Below are positions 1-9,875 of a stretch of DNA of 64,000 bases, piece by piece. The stretch comes from an uncultured bacterium. Its GTDB lineage: Bacteria > Verrucomicrobiota > Verrucomicrobiia > Verrucomicrobiales > DEV007. The position numbers and the translations under genes were made by a program. Each line of letters opens with the position of its first letter. The first letter of the stretch is position 1. The stretch is taken from positions 224,001 through 288,000 of the forward strand of contig CAXBMO010000001.1 in NCBI GenBank assembly GCA_963977015.1, in the 5' to 3' direction. The notes under the pieces are model-generated. The model did not search any database, had not been told where the DNA came from, and was given only the letters and a program-made list of their open reading frames with translations.

Positions 1-2
1 AG

Positions 3-1727
3 AGTCTTTTGAGAGACATTGAGTTTGTCGGAAATACGGCATTCACCTCGAAAGAGCTTCGCAAGCTGATGAAGTCGAAAGAGACTTCGCTTCTGTCCGG
101 AGTGACGAACTCCGGCAAGATCAACAGTGACCAGCTTGATGATGACATCGAGGCTGTTGAAAAACACTACCGCGATTCGGGATACTTGAACGCCGCAATC
201 GTTGATACGCGCCGGGTCCGCGTGGATGACAAGCGAGTCGATCTGGTGGTGACCATCGATGAGGGCGATGTCTACAATGTCAGCAGCGTTCAGATTTCCG
301 GCGCTCGTGCCTTCAACGTTGGCGACTTGTCTCCGTTCCTTAAATCAACGCCAGGTCAGCAATTCTCCGCCAAAACGGTTGAGGAAGACATCAATTCCCT
401 GCGGGATTATTACGGTTCACGGGGTTATGCCGAAGCTCGGGTTACTCCTCAGTTGGATAGCGCGGGAGGAACAAACGTTGATGTGACCTACGATATTTTC
501 GAGGGTGAGAAGTACTACATCGGCAAGATCAACATTCAGGGCAATGACAAGACGAAGGACAAAGTTCTTCGTAACGAGATGGCAATCGAGCCTGGCCAGA
601 TTTACAACACCCCGCGGATTTCTGCGAGTAAGCGCCGTCTTGAGAACACCGGTTACTTCGCCTCCGTTGATGTCCTTCCAACCGAGACGGACCGTCCTGA
701 ATACAAGGATCTCAACGTAACCGTAACGGAGCGTCCGACCGGAACCTTCAACTTTGGTGCCGGTTTCAGTTCGATCGACAACTTCGTGGGATTCGTTGAA
801 GTAACGCAAACCAATTTCGACATTGGAAACTGGCCCGGACTGACCGGTGCAGGTCAACGATTCCGCGCAGCAGCACGGGTCGGAACCGAGCGGAAAGACT
901 TCGTGATCAGCTTGACGGAGCCATGGTTCCTCAACCGTCCGCTGGCTCTCGGTGGTGAACTCTTCTACCGCGACCTTCTGTTCTTGAGCGATGATTACGA
1001 TCAGACCAACTACGGAACGGCAATCAACCTTCGGAAGAAGGTTGGCGAGCACAGCCACATCCGCAGTGAATACAAACTTCAGAGCGTTGAGATTGATGTG
1101 GATGGTGATGCTTCAGAAATCCTGATGGCAGAAGAAGGCGACTATCTGCAAAGCAAGATTGGGCTGGATTACATTCACGACACTCGTGACGATCTGTTCC
1201 TTCCTCGCAAGGGACACCGTTTCAACGTTGGTGCGGCTTATTCCGGGCTGGGCGGCGATGTTGAGGATACCCATTTCGAAATCGGTGGTATCCAATACAT
1301 GAACCTTCCGTTCGATACGATCTTCAGCTTCCAGGGTCACTTTAACTCTGTGTCCGGGGATGATGTGCCGATCTTTGATCGTAGATTCCTGGGTGGTGCC
1401 AACAACCTCCGTGGTTTCGACTTCCGCGACGTTGGACCGAAGGACGCGAGTGGAGAACCAATCGGTGGCCAGGCATCCGGTTGGGCAACAGCTGAATTAA
1501 CCGTCCCTATCATTCGTCAACTTCGGGGTGCACTCTTCTACGACATCGGTGTGGTTAGCCCGGACGACTTCAGTTTGGACGGAAACGTCAATTCAAACTT
1601 TGGTGTTGGTATCCGGCTTTTCCTCCCGGTTGGTCCTCTTCGCTTGGACTACGGTATTCCGGTCGACTCCGACGAATTCAACGACAGCAGCGGCCGATTC
1701 AACTTCAACATTGGCTACAGCTTCTAA
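3..1727 (+). CDS. bamA: Outer membrane protein assembly factor BamA (5'-truncated by window edge)
   Basis: POTRA-like repeats (e.g. INIQGNDKTKDKVLRNEM) and a beta-barrel with the LRGF motif (GGANNLRGFDFRDVGP). Ends in the C-terminal aromatic signal FNFNIGYSF and is followed by skp and lpxD. Confidence 0.96.
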   Translation, partial: SLLRDIEFVGNTAFTSKELRKLMKSKETSLLSGVTNSGKINSDQLDDDIEAVEKHYRDSGYLNAAIVDTRRVRVDDKRVDLVVTIDEGDVYNVSSVQISGARAFNVGDLSPFLKSTPGQQFSAKTVEEDINSLRDYYGSRGYAEARVTPQLDSAGGTNVDVTYDIFEGEKYYIGKINIQGNDKTKDKVLRNEMAIEPGQIYNTPRISASKRRLENTGYFASVDVLPTETDRPEYKDLNVTVTERPTGTFNFGAGFSSIDNFVGFVEVTQTNFDIGNWPGLTGAGQRFRAAARVGTERKDFVISLTEPWFLNRPLALGGELFYRDLLFLSDDYDQTNYGTAINLRKKVGEHSHIRSEYKLQSVEIDVDGDASEILMAEEGDYLQSKIGLDYIHDTRDDLFLPRKGHRFNVGAAYSGLGGDVEDTHFEIGGIQYMNLPFDTIFSFQGHFNSVSGDDVPIFDRRFLGGANNLRGFDFRDVGPKDASGEPIGGQASGWATAELTVPIIRQLRGALFYDIGVVSPDDFSLDGNVNSNFGVGIRLFLPVGPLRLDYGIPVDSDEFNDSSGRFNFNIGYSF

Positions 1728-1844
1728 ATTTCAGAGAGCACGCTGTAAAAAATCACAAGCGTCGTCACATTGCGGCTTGATCTTTTCGGATCGGTTCCTA
1801 CGGTGGCGGCGCTTTAGTTTACAACCCTAACGACAACACATCTT

Positions 1845-2465
1845 ATGAAGAGCCGGTTTCTAACCGTTACACTCACAGCAGCCACCCTATTCGGAGCTGG
1901 GCAATTCCAACAAGCCCAAGCTCAAGACGTAAAGATGGGACTTATCGACTTTGCACGCATGCAACGTCAGTTCTATCGCACGGATTCAGAGCGCGAGCAG
2001 TTTGAAGCGCAACGCACTGAAGAACGCAACAAAGTCGAAGAACGGAAGGCAAAACTGAAAGAGCTGATTCAGCAGCAACAAACCGCTCAAAAAGAGTTGG
2101 GAGACGCAACCCTCAGTGAAGCCAAGAAGAAGTCGATCATGGATGAAGCCATGGAGCGCCAGGGCCAAATCACCAGTGCTCAACGCGAGATCTTGGAGCT
2201 GGAGACGCGCCTGAACAAGGAATTGGCTGACAAGGCCAATGAGATCCAGCGCAGCCTCACCAAAGAAATCTATGAAGTGATCGGCAAGGTGGCCGAGTCC
2301 AAAGGTTTGGACGTCGTCTTCAACCGGACATTTGGAATCAACGGCGTTCCTACCGTTGCATTCAGCAAGGCGAGCGATGCTCTTCCTGACTTCACAGATG
2401 AAGTTGTCGCAGAGCTCAACAAGGGAGCCCCAGCTGGTTGGAAGCCACCAGCAGATACGGAGTAA
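1845..2465 (+). CDS. skp: OmpH/Skp periplasmic chaperone
   Basis: Signal peptide, KMGLID strand, long coiled coil, GLDVVF and DFTDEVV motifs. Lies between bamA and lpxD. Confidence 0.9.
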   Translation: MKSRFLTVTLTAATLFGAGQFQQAQAQDVKMGLIDFARMQRQFYRTDSEREQFEAQRTEERNKVEERKAKLKELIQQQQTAQKELGDATLSEAKKKSIMDEAMERQGQITSAQREILELETRLNKELADKANEIQRSLTKEIYEVIGKVAESKGLDVVFNRTFGINGVPTVAFSKASDALPDFTDEVVAELNKGAPAGWKPPADTE

Positions 2466-2504
2466 ACCGACCCTGTTGAATTCGCAATAGAGCGAGTTTT
2501 TTTG

Positions 2505-2537
2505 ACGGCGGTGGGGAAACCTCACCGCCGTTTTTTT
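2505..2537 (+). terminator. Intrinsic terminator between skp and lpxD
   Basis: ACGGCGGTGGG-GAAAC-CTCACCGCCGT stem-loop followed by a T run. Confidence 0.8.
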
Positions 2538-2555
2538 GTCGACCCAGATTTCCGA

Positions 2556-3596
2556 ATGAGAGTTAGCGTAAATGAGATCGCAAAGTTGGTGGAGGGAAAG
2601 ATCCTCCGTGGGCCAGAAGATCGGAATTTGACCAACATTGGAGCTCTGGAGGAGGCGCAGCCGGAAGACCTGAGTTTCTTCGGGAACGCGAAATACGGAG
2701 ATGCGTTGCGGCAAACCTCTGCGGGAGCTGTGTTGGTGCCCTTGGACTGCGATATTGAGCCGGAGGGGGCTGCGATCATTGCGGTTGAGAACCCGGTTTT
2801 GGCTTTCGATGTCGTGATCCGAAAATTCGGGGTTGAGGATCACGTTCTGGAACCAGGGATTCATCCCTCTGCTCATCTTGCACCAGACGTGGAGCTTGAT
2901 GCTTCAGCGGTGCAGGTCGGGCCTGGCGTTGTCATTGAATCTGGTTGCAGGATCGGTGACGGAACCATCATCGGCGCGAATTCGACGATTGGAATGAACA
3001 GCACGATTGGGACGGAGTGTCGACTCTACGCCCAGGTGGCTTTGCGAGAGGGAAGCGTGATCGGTGATCGGGTGATTTTGCACAGCGGTGCCGTGATTGG
3101 CGCCGATGGTTATGGATATGAGTTCGTGGATGGTCGGCACATGAAGATTCGTCAGGCCGGAAATGTCGAAATTCATGACGACGTCGAAATCGGTGCGAAC
3201 ACGACGATTGATCGAGCTCGATTTGGATCAACCGTGATCGGGGAGGGGACGAAGGTCGACAATCAGGTTCAGATTGGTCACAACGCCAAAATTGGGAAGC
3301 ATTGCCTCATCGTCGCCCAAACCGGGATGAGTGGGAGTTCGCAGCTGGGGGACTACTGCGTTGTGGCCGCGCAATCAGGAATCGCGGGTCATCTTAGTAT
3401 CGCTGCCAAGACGACCCTGGGAGCTCGATCCGGCGTGATTGCTGATATCCATGAGGCGGGAGGCACCTACTTTGGATATCCTGCCAAGGCTATGAAGGAC
3501 GTTCTCAAACTCCAGATGTATCAAAAGAAGATTCCTTCCCTGCTGAAGCGAGTGAAGGAACTGGAGGCCCGGGTCAAAGAAATGGAGTCTTCCTGA
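2556..3596 (+). CDS. lpxD: UDP-3-O-(3-hydroxyacyl)glucosamine N-acyltransferase LpxD
   Basis: N-terminal uridine-binding domain (DLSFFGNAKY), hexapeptide repeats, GADGYGY, IGANTTIDR and KVDNQVQIGHN. Start set at ATG 2556, downstream of the terminator. Confidence 0.96.
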   Translation: MRVSVNEIAKLVEGKILRGPEDRNLTNIGALEEAQPEDLSFFGNAKYGDALRQTSAGAVLVPLDCDIEPEGAAIIAVENPVLAFDVVIRKFGVEDHVLEPGIHPSAHLAPDVELDASAVQVGPGVVIESGCRIGDGTIIGANSTIGMNSTIGTECRLYAQVALREGSVIGDRVILHSGAVIGADGYGYEFVDGRHMKIRQAGNVEIHDDVEIGANTTIDRARFGSTVIGEGTKVDNQVQIGHNAKIGKHCLIVAQTGMSGSSQLGDYCVVAAQSGIAGHLSIAAKTTLGARSGVIADIHEAGGTYFGYPAKAMKDVLKLQMYQKKIPSLLKRVKELEARVKEMESS

Positions 3597-3625
3597 CCGG
3601 CCGGGCCTATTGCTGACGAAGCAGT

Positions 3626-4567
3626 CTACTTTTCGACGATCCAGATATTGCGGAAGGCGACCGGGTTTCCGTGACCCTGAAAATAGATCAATCCCTTCTC
3701 TTTTTCCGGGCGACCGCCGCCGGCACCGGTTCCTTTGGGCAATTCCACATCGTCGTGGATGACGACACCATTCTGGCGGACCGTGATCCGCGCATTCGCG
3801 ACCTTCTTGCCATCTGAAAACCGGGGAGCCGTGAAGTCGATGTCGTAGGTTTGCCAACGAAGCGGAGGAAACGCCATCGGAGTGTCGGGAATCTTGAATT
3901 TGTAGAAGCTTCCGCACCACTGCTTGTTGCGCGACTGGGTTGAAAACGGGTTGGCGTCTTCCACAAGATTCAGGGCAAAGGAATCGAGCACCTGACATTC
4001 GTAGTTGTTGTAGATGTAGACTCCGCTATTGCCGCGGTCCTGACTACTGGGCTTGGTCGCGGGCTTGTAAGGGAGGCGAAATTCAACGTGCATGGTGAAA
4101 TCACCAACTGGAACCGTCGTTTGGCTTCCCGCCCAAATGTAACCGTCCTTCACCTCACCTTTGATGGTATCATTGGCCTCGCCATTGAAGTAAACCGCGG
4201 CACCTTCGGGCGCAGCTTTTCCCATTGTCGGGCTTTCACGCTCAATCTTCGTCAATCCTTCGATGTAGGCCGAAAATGCTTTCCCTTCCAAAACCTGGGA
4301 GGTTACTGGCGAACGATCCCAATCCGCGCCCGGCAAGCCACCTTGGTACGATGAAACCAGGAACTTGTCTCCGTCCATCGCGGAAGCCTGAACCCCCAGC
4401 TTCGCGCCATCCTTCTCACCAAGGTATTCTCCCTGAATCGCAAACGCGGGATGCTCAGCCAATGCCGTCTCGGGATCGACCCAGGTTCCAGGTTTGGAGG
4501 AGTCGGCAGCGTTGGCGAAAGTCGCGAGGCTCAGGAGCGCAAAAGCGAAAAAGCAGGGGTGTTTCAT
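3626..4567 (-). CDS. Secreted DUF1080 / 3-keto-disaccharide hydrolase family protein
   Basis: Signal peptide; DFTMHVEF, RGNSGVY, YECQVLDS, WQTYDIDF and FQGHGNPVAFRNIWI motifs. Confidence 0.88.
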   Translation of the reverse strand: MKHPCFFAFALLSLATFANAADSSKPGTWVDPETALAEHPAFAIQGEYLGEKDGAKLGVQASAMDGDKFLVSSYQGGLPGADWDRSPVTSQVLEGKAFSAYIEGLTKIERESPTMGKAAPEGAAVYFNGEANDTIKGEVKDGYIWAGSQTTVPVGDFTMHVEFRLPYKPATKPSSQDRGNSGVYIYNNYECQVLDSFALNLVEDANPFSTQSRNKQWCGSFYKFKIPDTPMAFPPLRWQTYDIDFTAPRFSDGKKVANARITVRQNGVVIHDDVELPKGTGAGGGRPEKEKGLIYFQGHGNPVAFRNIWIVEK

Positions 4568-4836
4568 AAGGATGGTTGGACGCGGTCGCGTCTGCGTTCA
4601 AGCGTTATTCGAGGTTGGGAGGAATCGAAATCAGGAGTTCGCGGGATTTCCGGTCTCCCGTGTGCCGTTGACGGCGATGACTTCCGTGATCTGTCGCATC
4701 CTCGAGAGGGTTTTCTGTCCGCTCAATGCACGGATTTTTCTGCCAACGGTTCCAACTTTCGGGAGCCAAATTGGCCAACCTTCCTGTGCAATACGCTCTG
4801 GACTTTTTACCCTGCCGACACTAAAGAATTGCAGTT

Positions 4837-6282
4837 ATGACAGACCAAAAAACTCCTAAGGATCAGCTGACTCGCCGCAAGTTCGGCAAGGTGGCTGGAG
4901 CGGCCGCATCGACGGCTTTCGGCTTTCAATTTGTTCCCGGCCACGTTTGGGGAGCCAACTCTGCTCCGGCATTGGCGGGAATCGGCATTCAAGGGAAAGG
5001 CTCGAGCGATATCGACAATTCGGCGACATCCGGATTCAAGGTTGTCGGCTTGGTTGACGTGGTTGACACGAAGCGCACTCCTGAGCTGGAAGGGAAGTTG
5101 AAGGGGTATGCGAACAAGCGCGAAAAGTATCCCGATGCGAAGTTTTACACCAGCTACGGTGATATGCTGGCTGATTTGGGCGACAAGGTCGACGCTGTCA
5201 CCGTTTCGACTCCCGATCATCATCACGCACACGCTGCGGTTGCAGCGATGAAAGCCGGCAAGCACGTCTATTGCCAGAAGCCGCTCACTCACGGGATTTG
5301 GGAAGCCCGCATGCTGGCCAAGGTCGCCAAGGAGACCGGCGTTAAGACCCAGATGGGCAACCAGGCCCACGCCAACGATCACATGCGCCGCGTTGTGGAG
5401 TTGGTTCGCGCCGGAATCATCGGCAAGGTCAAGGAAGTTCACTCCTGGACCAATCGTCCCATTTGGCCCCAGGGTTTCCAGACTCCTCCAGCTGCCGAGA
5501 AAGTTCCCGCATGGTTGGATTGGGAGCAGTGGATTGGGCCGGCCCCGTTTGTCGACTACAACCACAACATCGCTCCCTTCAAATGGCGCGGCTGGTGGCA
5601 CTACGGAACCGGCGCTCTCGGCGATATGGCCTGCCACATCATGGACATGTCCTACTGGGCTTGTGATCTTACCGCGCCGACCAGCGTGATGGCGAAGGAA
5701 GAAGGCGGCAGCGAAATCTCCGCCCCCATCAACTCCACCATCACCTATCAATTCCCGAAGAATAAGTATTCGGTGGATGGCGGGATCAAATACATGTGGT
5801 ACGACGGTCAGATTGGAGCCAAGTTCGACCGCGACAAGTGGTCCTTGATCAAAGGCGAATTCAATCGCCCCAAAGACGTCCTCGCCGGGCTTGATCACAC
5901 CGAGTCCAAAGGATTTGGCAGCGTCATCATCGGGGAGAAGGGCGAGCTCTTCTTCAACCGTAGCAAGAACAACTGGATCGTTCGCCCCAGCAGTGCGCTC
6001 GACGGATTCAAGGACTGGCCGGAACAGACCGTTCCCCGCGCCCGCAACCAGAATCCCCACGACGAATTCTACGATGCCGTGGTTGGCAAAATCGACCAGA
6101 CTCAGGGCAACTTCGACTACTCGGGTCCCTTCACCGAAGCTGTCCTCCTTGGTTGTGTGGCTCAACGCAATCCCAACACCAAGTTGGAATGGGATGCTGC
6201 CAAGATGGAATTCAAAGGCAAGCCGGAGACCAAGAAGCTCGTCAAGCGCGACTATCGCAAAGGCTGGGAGCTCAACGTCTAG
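4837..6282 (+). CDS. Tat-exported Gfo/Idh/MocA family oxidoreductase
   Basis: Twin-arginine TRRKF; VSTPDHHH, GKHVYCQKP and GALGDMACHIMD motifs. Confidence 0.92.
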   Translation: MTDQKTPKDQLTRRKFGKVAGAAASTAFGFQFVPGHVWGANSAPALAGIGIQGKGSSDIDNSATSGFKVVGLVDVVDTKRTPELEGKLKGYANKREKYPDAKFYTSYGDMLADLGDKVDAVTVSTPDHHHAHAAVAAMKAGKHVYCQKPLTHGIWEARMLAKVAKETGVKTQMGNQAHANDHMRRVVELVRAGIIGKVKEVHSWTNRPIWPQGFQTPPAAEKVPAWLDWEQWIGPAPFVDYNHNIAPFKWRGWWHYGTGALGDMACHIMDMSYWACDLTAPTSVMAKEEGGSEISAPINSTITYQFPKNKYSVDGGIKYMWYDGQIGAKFDRDKWSLIKGEFNRPKDVLAGLDHTESKGFGSVIIGEKGELFFNRSKNNWIVRPSSALDGFKDWPEQTVPRARNQNPHDEFYDAVVGKIDQTQGNFDYSGPFTEAVLLGCVAQRNPNTKLEWDAAKMEFKGKPETKKLVKRDYRKGWELNV

Positions 6283-6315
6283 GTTCGAGAAAACCCAGTT
6301 CCCGATTTTTCAAAT

Positions 6316-6352
6316 CACAAAACGCCCGTGGGAAACCGCGGGCGTTTTTGTG
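6316..6352 (+). terminator. Intrinsic (probably bidirectional) terminator
   Basis: CACAAAACGCCCGTGG-GAAA-CCGCGGGCGTTTTTGTG stem-loop with flanking A and T tracts. Confidence 0.85.
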
Positions 6353-6507
6353 GTTCTGTGATTGAACGACACTGGGAAGATGAAGAGGATCGCAAAAGGG
6401 CGCTATTCTTTCGTGAGCGCCAAACCAATAGGGCTTCCTTGAAAGTGGTTGAGCAATTGACTCTTCGGGGGATGGTCTCCATCATCCCGGTGTTTCACCA
6501 GAATATC

Positions 6508-7065
6508 ATGAGACTTTGCGCCACGTTTTTTACCCTGCTGCTTGTGTCCCTGCTTTTGGGGTGCGGTGAGCCGCAAGCTGACCTGACCACTCCAAACACG
6601 CATCGCTCGGGAACGATTGCGTTCGAGTATCCGAAAAACTGGCGGATTACCGACGAGGCGGTGAAGCCCGAGGTGCAATACATCATCGTGGAAACGCCTG
6701 GTGATGCTCTCGTTGTTCTTCAGTCTTTTCCGGCGGTGGATGCGATCTTGTTGGAGGACTTTGCCAGCGCTTTTTCAGAGAGGTCCGCTGCCGAAACACC
6801 AATTGGCAAGGTGGAAGAATCGACGTTTACCTTGTTGCCGGAGGGAAGTGGCTTTCGCTGGATTCAGGAGGAGTTTTCCATGAGTCTTCTGGGAGAATCC
6901 ATTCTCCACCGACGGCTCTTTGGAGCCCGGCAAATTGGCGAGCGGAAGGTGTTTCTCATTTTCCAAGTCGCCACAGAAGATCTCGACCGAGCGCTTCCGG
7001 GGTTGGAACTGATCCGAGACTCTTTGCGGGGAGCTGAGGTGCCGGGCGCGAGCGTTGACCCGTAG
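6508..7065 (+). CDS. Hypothetical lipoprotein (PsbP/DcrB-like fold possible)
   Basis: ATG 6508 gives a lipoprotein signal ending LLLGC. IAFEYPKNW resembles the FxYPxxW start of PsbP-like domains. Confidence 0.65.
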   Translation: MRLCATFFTLLLVSLLLGCGEPQADLTTPNTHRSGTIAFEYPKNWRITDEAVKPEVQYIIVETPGDALVVLQSFPAVDAILLEDFASAFSERSAAETPIGKVEESTFTLLPEGSGFRWIQEEFSMSLLGESILHRRLFGARQIGERKVFLIFQVATEDLDRALPGLELIRDSLRGAEVPGASVDP

Positions 7066-7129
7066 GTAAAGCTGCCGAAAACCCGGCGTAGCCTTCAGCG
7101 CCACACCATCAGTCGCACCTGTTGACCTT

Positions 7130-8389
7130 CTATCGGTCGCACTCGCCCATGACGAAGTCGAGGCTGCCAAGGATGGCTGCGACGTCGCTCATCATGTGAC
7201 CCGGAAGAAGCTTGGGCAGGATGCTGAGGTTGATGAAGCTGGGGCTGCGGATCTTCAGTCGATGAGGCACGCCGCCTCCTTTGCTGTTGATGTAAAATCC
7301 AAGCTCACCTTTCGGGTTCTCTGCTCCAAAGTAGACTTCGCCCGCTGGGGCGTCGATGCCTTGGGTGGCGACGATGAAGTGGTGAATCAACTCTTCCATG
7401 CTCATCAACACCATTTCCTTTTTGGGCAGGGTGCCTTTGGGATCGACGATGTTGATGGGACCGTCGGGAAGGGTGTCCAGAACCTGATGGAGGATCCGAA
7501 TGCTCTGGCGCATTTCTTCCATGCGGACCAGATAGCGGTCGTAGCTGTCTCCAACGGACCCGACGGGAACGTCAAAATCGTAGTTTTCGTAGCCGAGGTA
7601 AGGATGCGCCTTTCTCAGATCGTGATCCACGCCGGAAGCGCGCAAGTTCGGCCCGGTCATTCCGTAGTCGATTGCGTCTTCCTTGCTGATGAAGCCGATG
7701 TCCTTGGTTCGATCGACGAAGATCTTGTTGCGGGTCAGGAGCTTGTCGACTTCGTCGATGACCTGAGGCAATTCGTCGAGGAACTTCCGAACACTCTCCA
7801 CAAATCCTTCCGGCAAATCGCGAACCTGACCGCCGACGCGGGTGTAACTGGTGGTGAAGCGGGCGCCGGTGAGCTGCTCGCTGAGGTTGTAGATCTTTTC
7901 CCGTTCCGTGAAGGTGTAGAGGAAGATGGTCATCGCGCCGACGTCCATTCCAAACACACCAACGCCGAGGAGATGGGCGGAAATCCGGGCCAATTCGCAG
8001 CAGAGCACGCGAATCGCCTGGCCGCGTGGAGGCAGTTCCCAGCCCATTAGTTTTTCCACCGCCATGGCGTAGGCCACGTTGTTGGCGAGCGGGGCGAGGT
8101 AGTCCAGCCGGTCCGTGTAGGGAACAAACTGGTTGTACTGCATGTTCTCGGCGATTTTTTCGTCCCCGCGATGCAAGAAGCCGACGTCTGGATTCGCCTT
8201 CGTAATGATCTCGCCATCGAGTTCGAGAACCAGTCGCAAAACACCGTGGGTCGCCGGGTGGCTAGGGCCCATGTTCAGGACGAGCTTTTCGCCCATCATG
8301 TCCTTGGTGGTTTGCTGGTATTCCTCGATCTGCTGATTCGCTTTGGTTGCGGGATCGGGCGCTTCGATTTCCTGGACGGTATTCGCCAT
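7130..8389 (-). CDS. nuoD: NADH-quinone oxidoreductase subunit D
   Basis: LNMGPSHPATHGVLR, GFLHRG, YTDRLDY, ENPKGELG and C-terminal GSLDFVMGECDR. Confidence 0.96.
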   Translation of the reverse strand: MANTVQEIEAPDPATKANQQIEEYQQTTKDMMGEKLVLNMGPSHPATHGVLRLVLELDGEIITKANPDVGFLHRGDEKIAENMQYNQFVPYTDRLDYLAPLANNVAYAMAVEKLMGWELPPRGQAIRVLCCELARISAHLLGVGVFGMDVGAMTIFLYTFTEREKIYNLSEQLTGARFTTSYTRVGGQVRDLPEGFVESVRKFLDELPQVIDEVDKLLTRNKIFVDRTKDIGFISKEDAIDYGMTGPNLRASGVDHDLRKAHPYLGYENYDFDVPVGSVGDSYDRYLVRMEEMRQSIRILHQVLDTLPDGPINIVDPKGTLPKKEMVLMSMEELIHHFIVATQGIDAPAGEVYFGAENPKGELGFYINSKGGGVPHRLKIRSPSFINLSILPKLLPGHMMSDVAAILGSLDFVMGECDR

Positions 8390-8541
8390 GCGGGAGCTTG
8401 CCTTGGCGGGAATTGGGCCGCAACGGCAATTTGTGAAATTTTTCACAAAGTCGCGCGGTGGGGGAATGGGACTTTGAGGCAGGGTTTTTACTTGTTTATG
8501 GCGGGGGGGAGACTAGCAATTCATCCATGAAAGGACGGGAA

Positions 8542-9813
8542 ATGCGTTATTTCTGGATCGTTTCGCTGGGACTGAGTTTCCTTGCGGGATGTGCTCAACA
8601 TGCCCCGATGATGGGGGAAGCGCCGGCGCCGCCCCAAATGGATCAGCTTGATGGGGGGGAGCCCCCCTTGGAAGGGGAGGACGACGACGAGGTGGTGATG
8701 GAGCCAGGTTCCCGCGGGACGCAGCCTGATCCGCCCATGAGTTTCCCGGATGATGCCGCTGAGGAGATTCCGCCTCCCTCGCCCCCGCGCAGTGGAAGTT
8801 CTGGTGGAATGGCGCAGGACGGATTCCTTGTAAAGAGGGTGCTTTACGGCACCAATCGCCGCCGAAGTGGTGAATTGGAGCCCAATCAATTTTTTGGAGC
8901 CAAGCGAGGCGGGTTGCAGACCGGGTATTGCCTGGTCAGCATTCCCGATCGGCACGTAACGGGGAATTTGGAGGCTCCAAGCTGGACTCGGCTGGAGTTT
9001 ACGGAGAGCCCCAAGAAGCACGTGGTGTTGATGCAGGTGGAGCCGGCTTCGCGGTCGGGCTTTACCCAGTTACTTCGTGAGGAGACATCCAAGGGGGCGA
9101 AAAAGAAGGCATTTGTGTTCATCCATGGCTATAACGTCTCCTTCAAGGATGCGGCACGCCGGACGGCCCAGCTGGCTCACGATCTCGAGTTTCAGGGCGC
9201 GCCGATTTTTTTCAGTTGGCCATCGCGTTCTGACGTGAAGCTGTATTTTGAGGACCGGAATGACAATGAGTGGTCGCGACCCGATTTGCGGAAATTCCTC
9301 AAGACGGTCATCACCCAAAGCGAGGCGGAGGACATTTACATCATTGCTCACAGCATGGGGAATTTGGTGACGGCGACCGTTCTGGCCGATGTGCATCGCT
9401 CGCTCGGCTCCAATGACCGGAGCAAGATCAAGACGGTGATTCTGGCCGCACCGGATATCGATGCGGAAACGTTCAAGCGGGATATTGCGCCGGAATTGGC
9501 TGAAACCGGGATTCCGATCACCGTTTACACGTCGAAGCGCGACAAAGCGTTGCTGGCGTCAGAGCAGGTGTGGGATAATCAACGAGTCGGGCAGAATGCC
9601 GAAGCGTTGGCCGGGTTGCCGGGGATCGATGCGGTTGATTCGACTTCGGCGGTGACGGATTACCTTCATCACGGCTATTTTGGGGATCACAGCCGTTTGT
9701 TGCGGGACATGAACCTGGTTTTCTCCGGAGTTTCCGCGGGAGAAGGCAAGCGCAGCTACCTGCAATCCAAGAGCTTGGGGCAGGGGAAGCGCTACTGGAT
9801 GCTGGCGCCGTAG
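8542..9813 (+). CDS. Alpha/beta hydrolase lipoprotein (DUF900 family)
   Basis: Lipobox FLAGC and Pro/acidic linker; YGTNR, FIHGYN, FSWPS, AHSMG nucleophile, LAAPDID and HGYF motifs. Confidence 0.88.
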   Translation: MRYFWIVSLGLSFLAGCAQHAPMMGEAPAPPQMDQLDGGEPPLEGEDDDEVVMEPGSRGTQPDPPMSFPDDAAEEIPPPSPPRSGSSGGMAQDGFLVKRVLYGTNRRRSGELEPNQFFGAKRGGLQTGYCLVSIPDRHVTGNLEAPSWTRLEFTESPKKHVVLMQVEPASRSGFTQLLREETSKGAKKKAFVFIHGYNVSFKDAARRTAQLAHDLEFQGAPIFFSWPSRSDVKLYFEDRNDNEWSRPDLRKFLKTVITQSEAEDIYIIAHSMGNLVTATVLADVHRSLGSNDRSKIKTVILAAPDIDAETFKRDIAPELAETGIPITVYTSKRDKALLASEQVWDNQRVGQNAEALAGLPGIDAVDSTSAVTDYLHHGYFGDHSRLLRDMNLVFSGVSAGEGKRSYLQSKSLGQGKRYWMLAP

Positions 9814-9875
9814 CCGCCCTGGGTGCCGCTTTCGGTGGTGCTTGATATTTCTCACAAGCTCGGCTTCGATGGGGC

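Noticed and set aside
6316..6352. Shared GGGAAACC loop with the terminator at 2505-2537 as a possible repeat family
   Set aside because: The stems differ; GAAA tetraloops are common in terminators.
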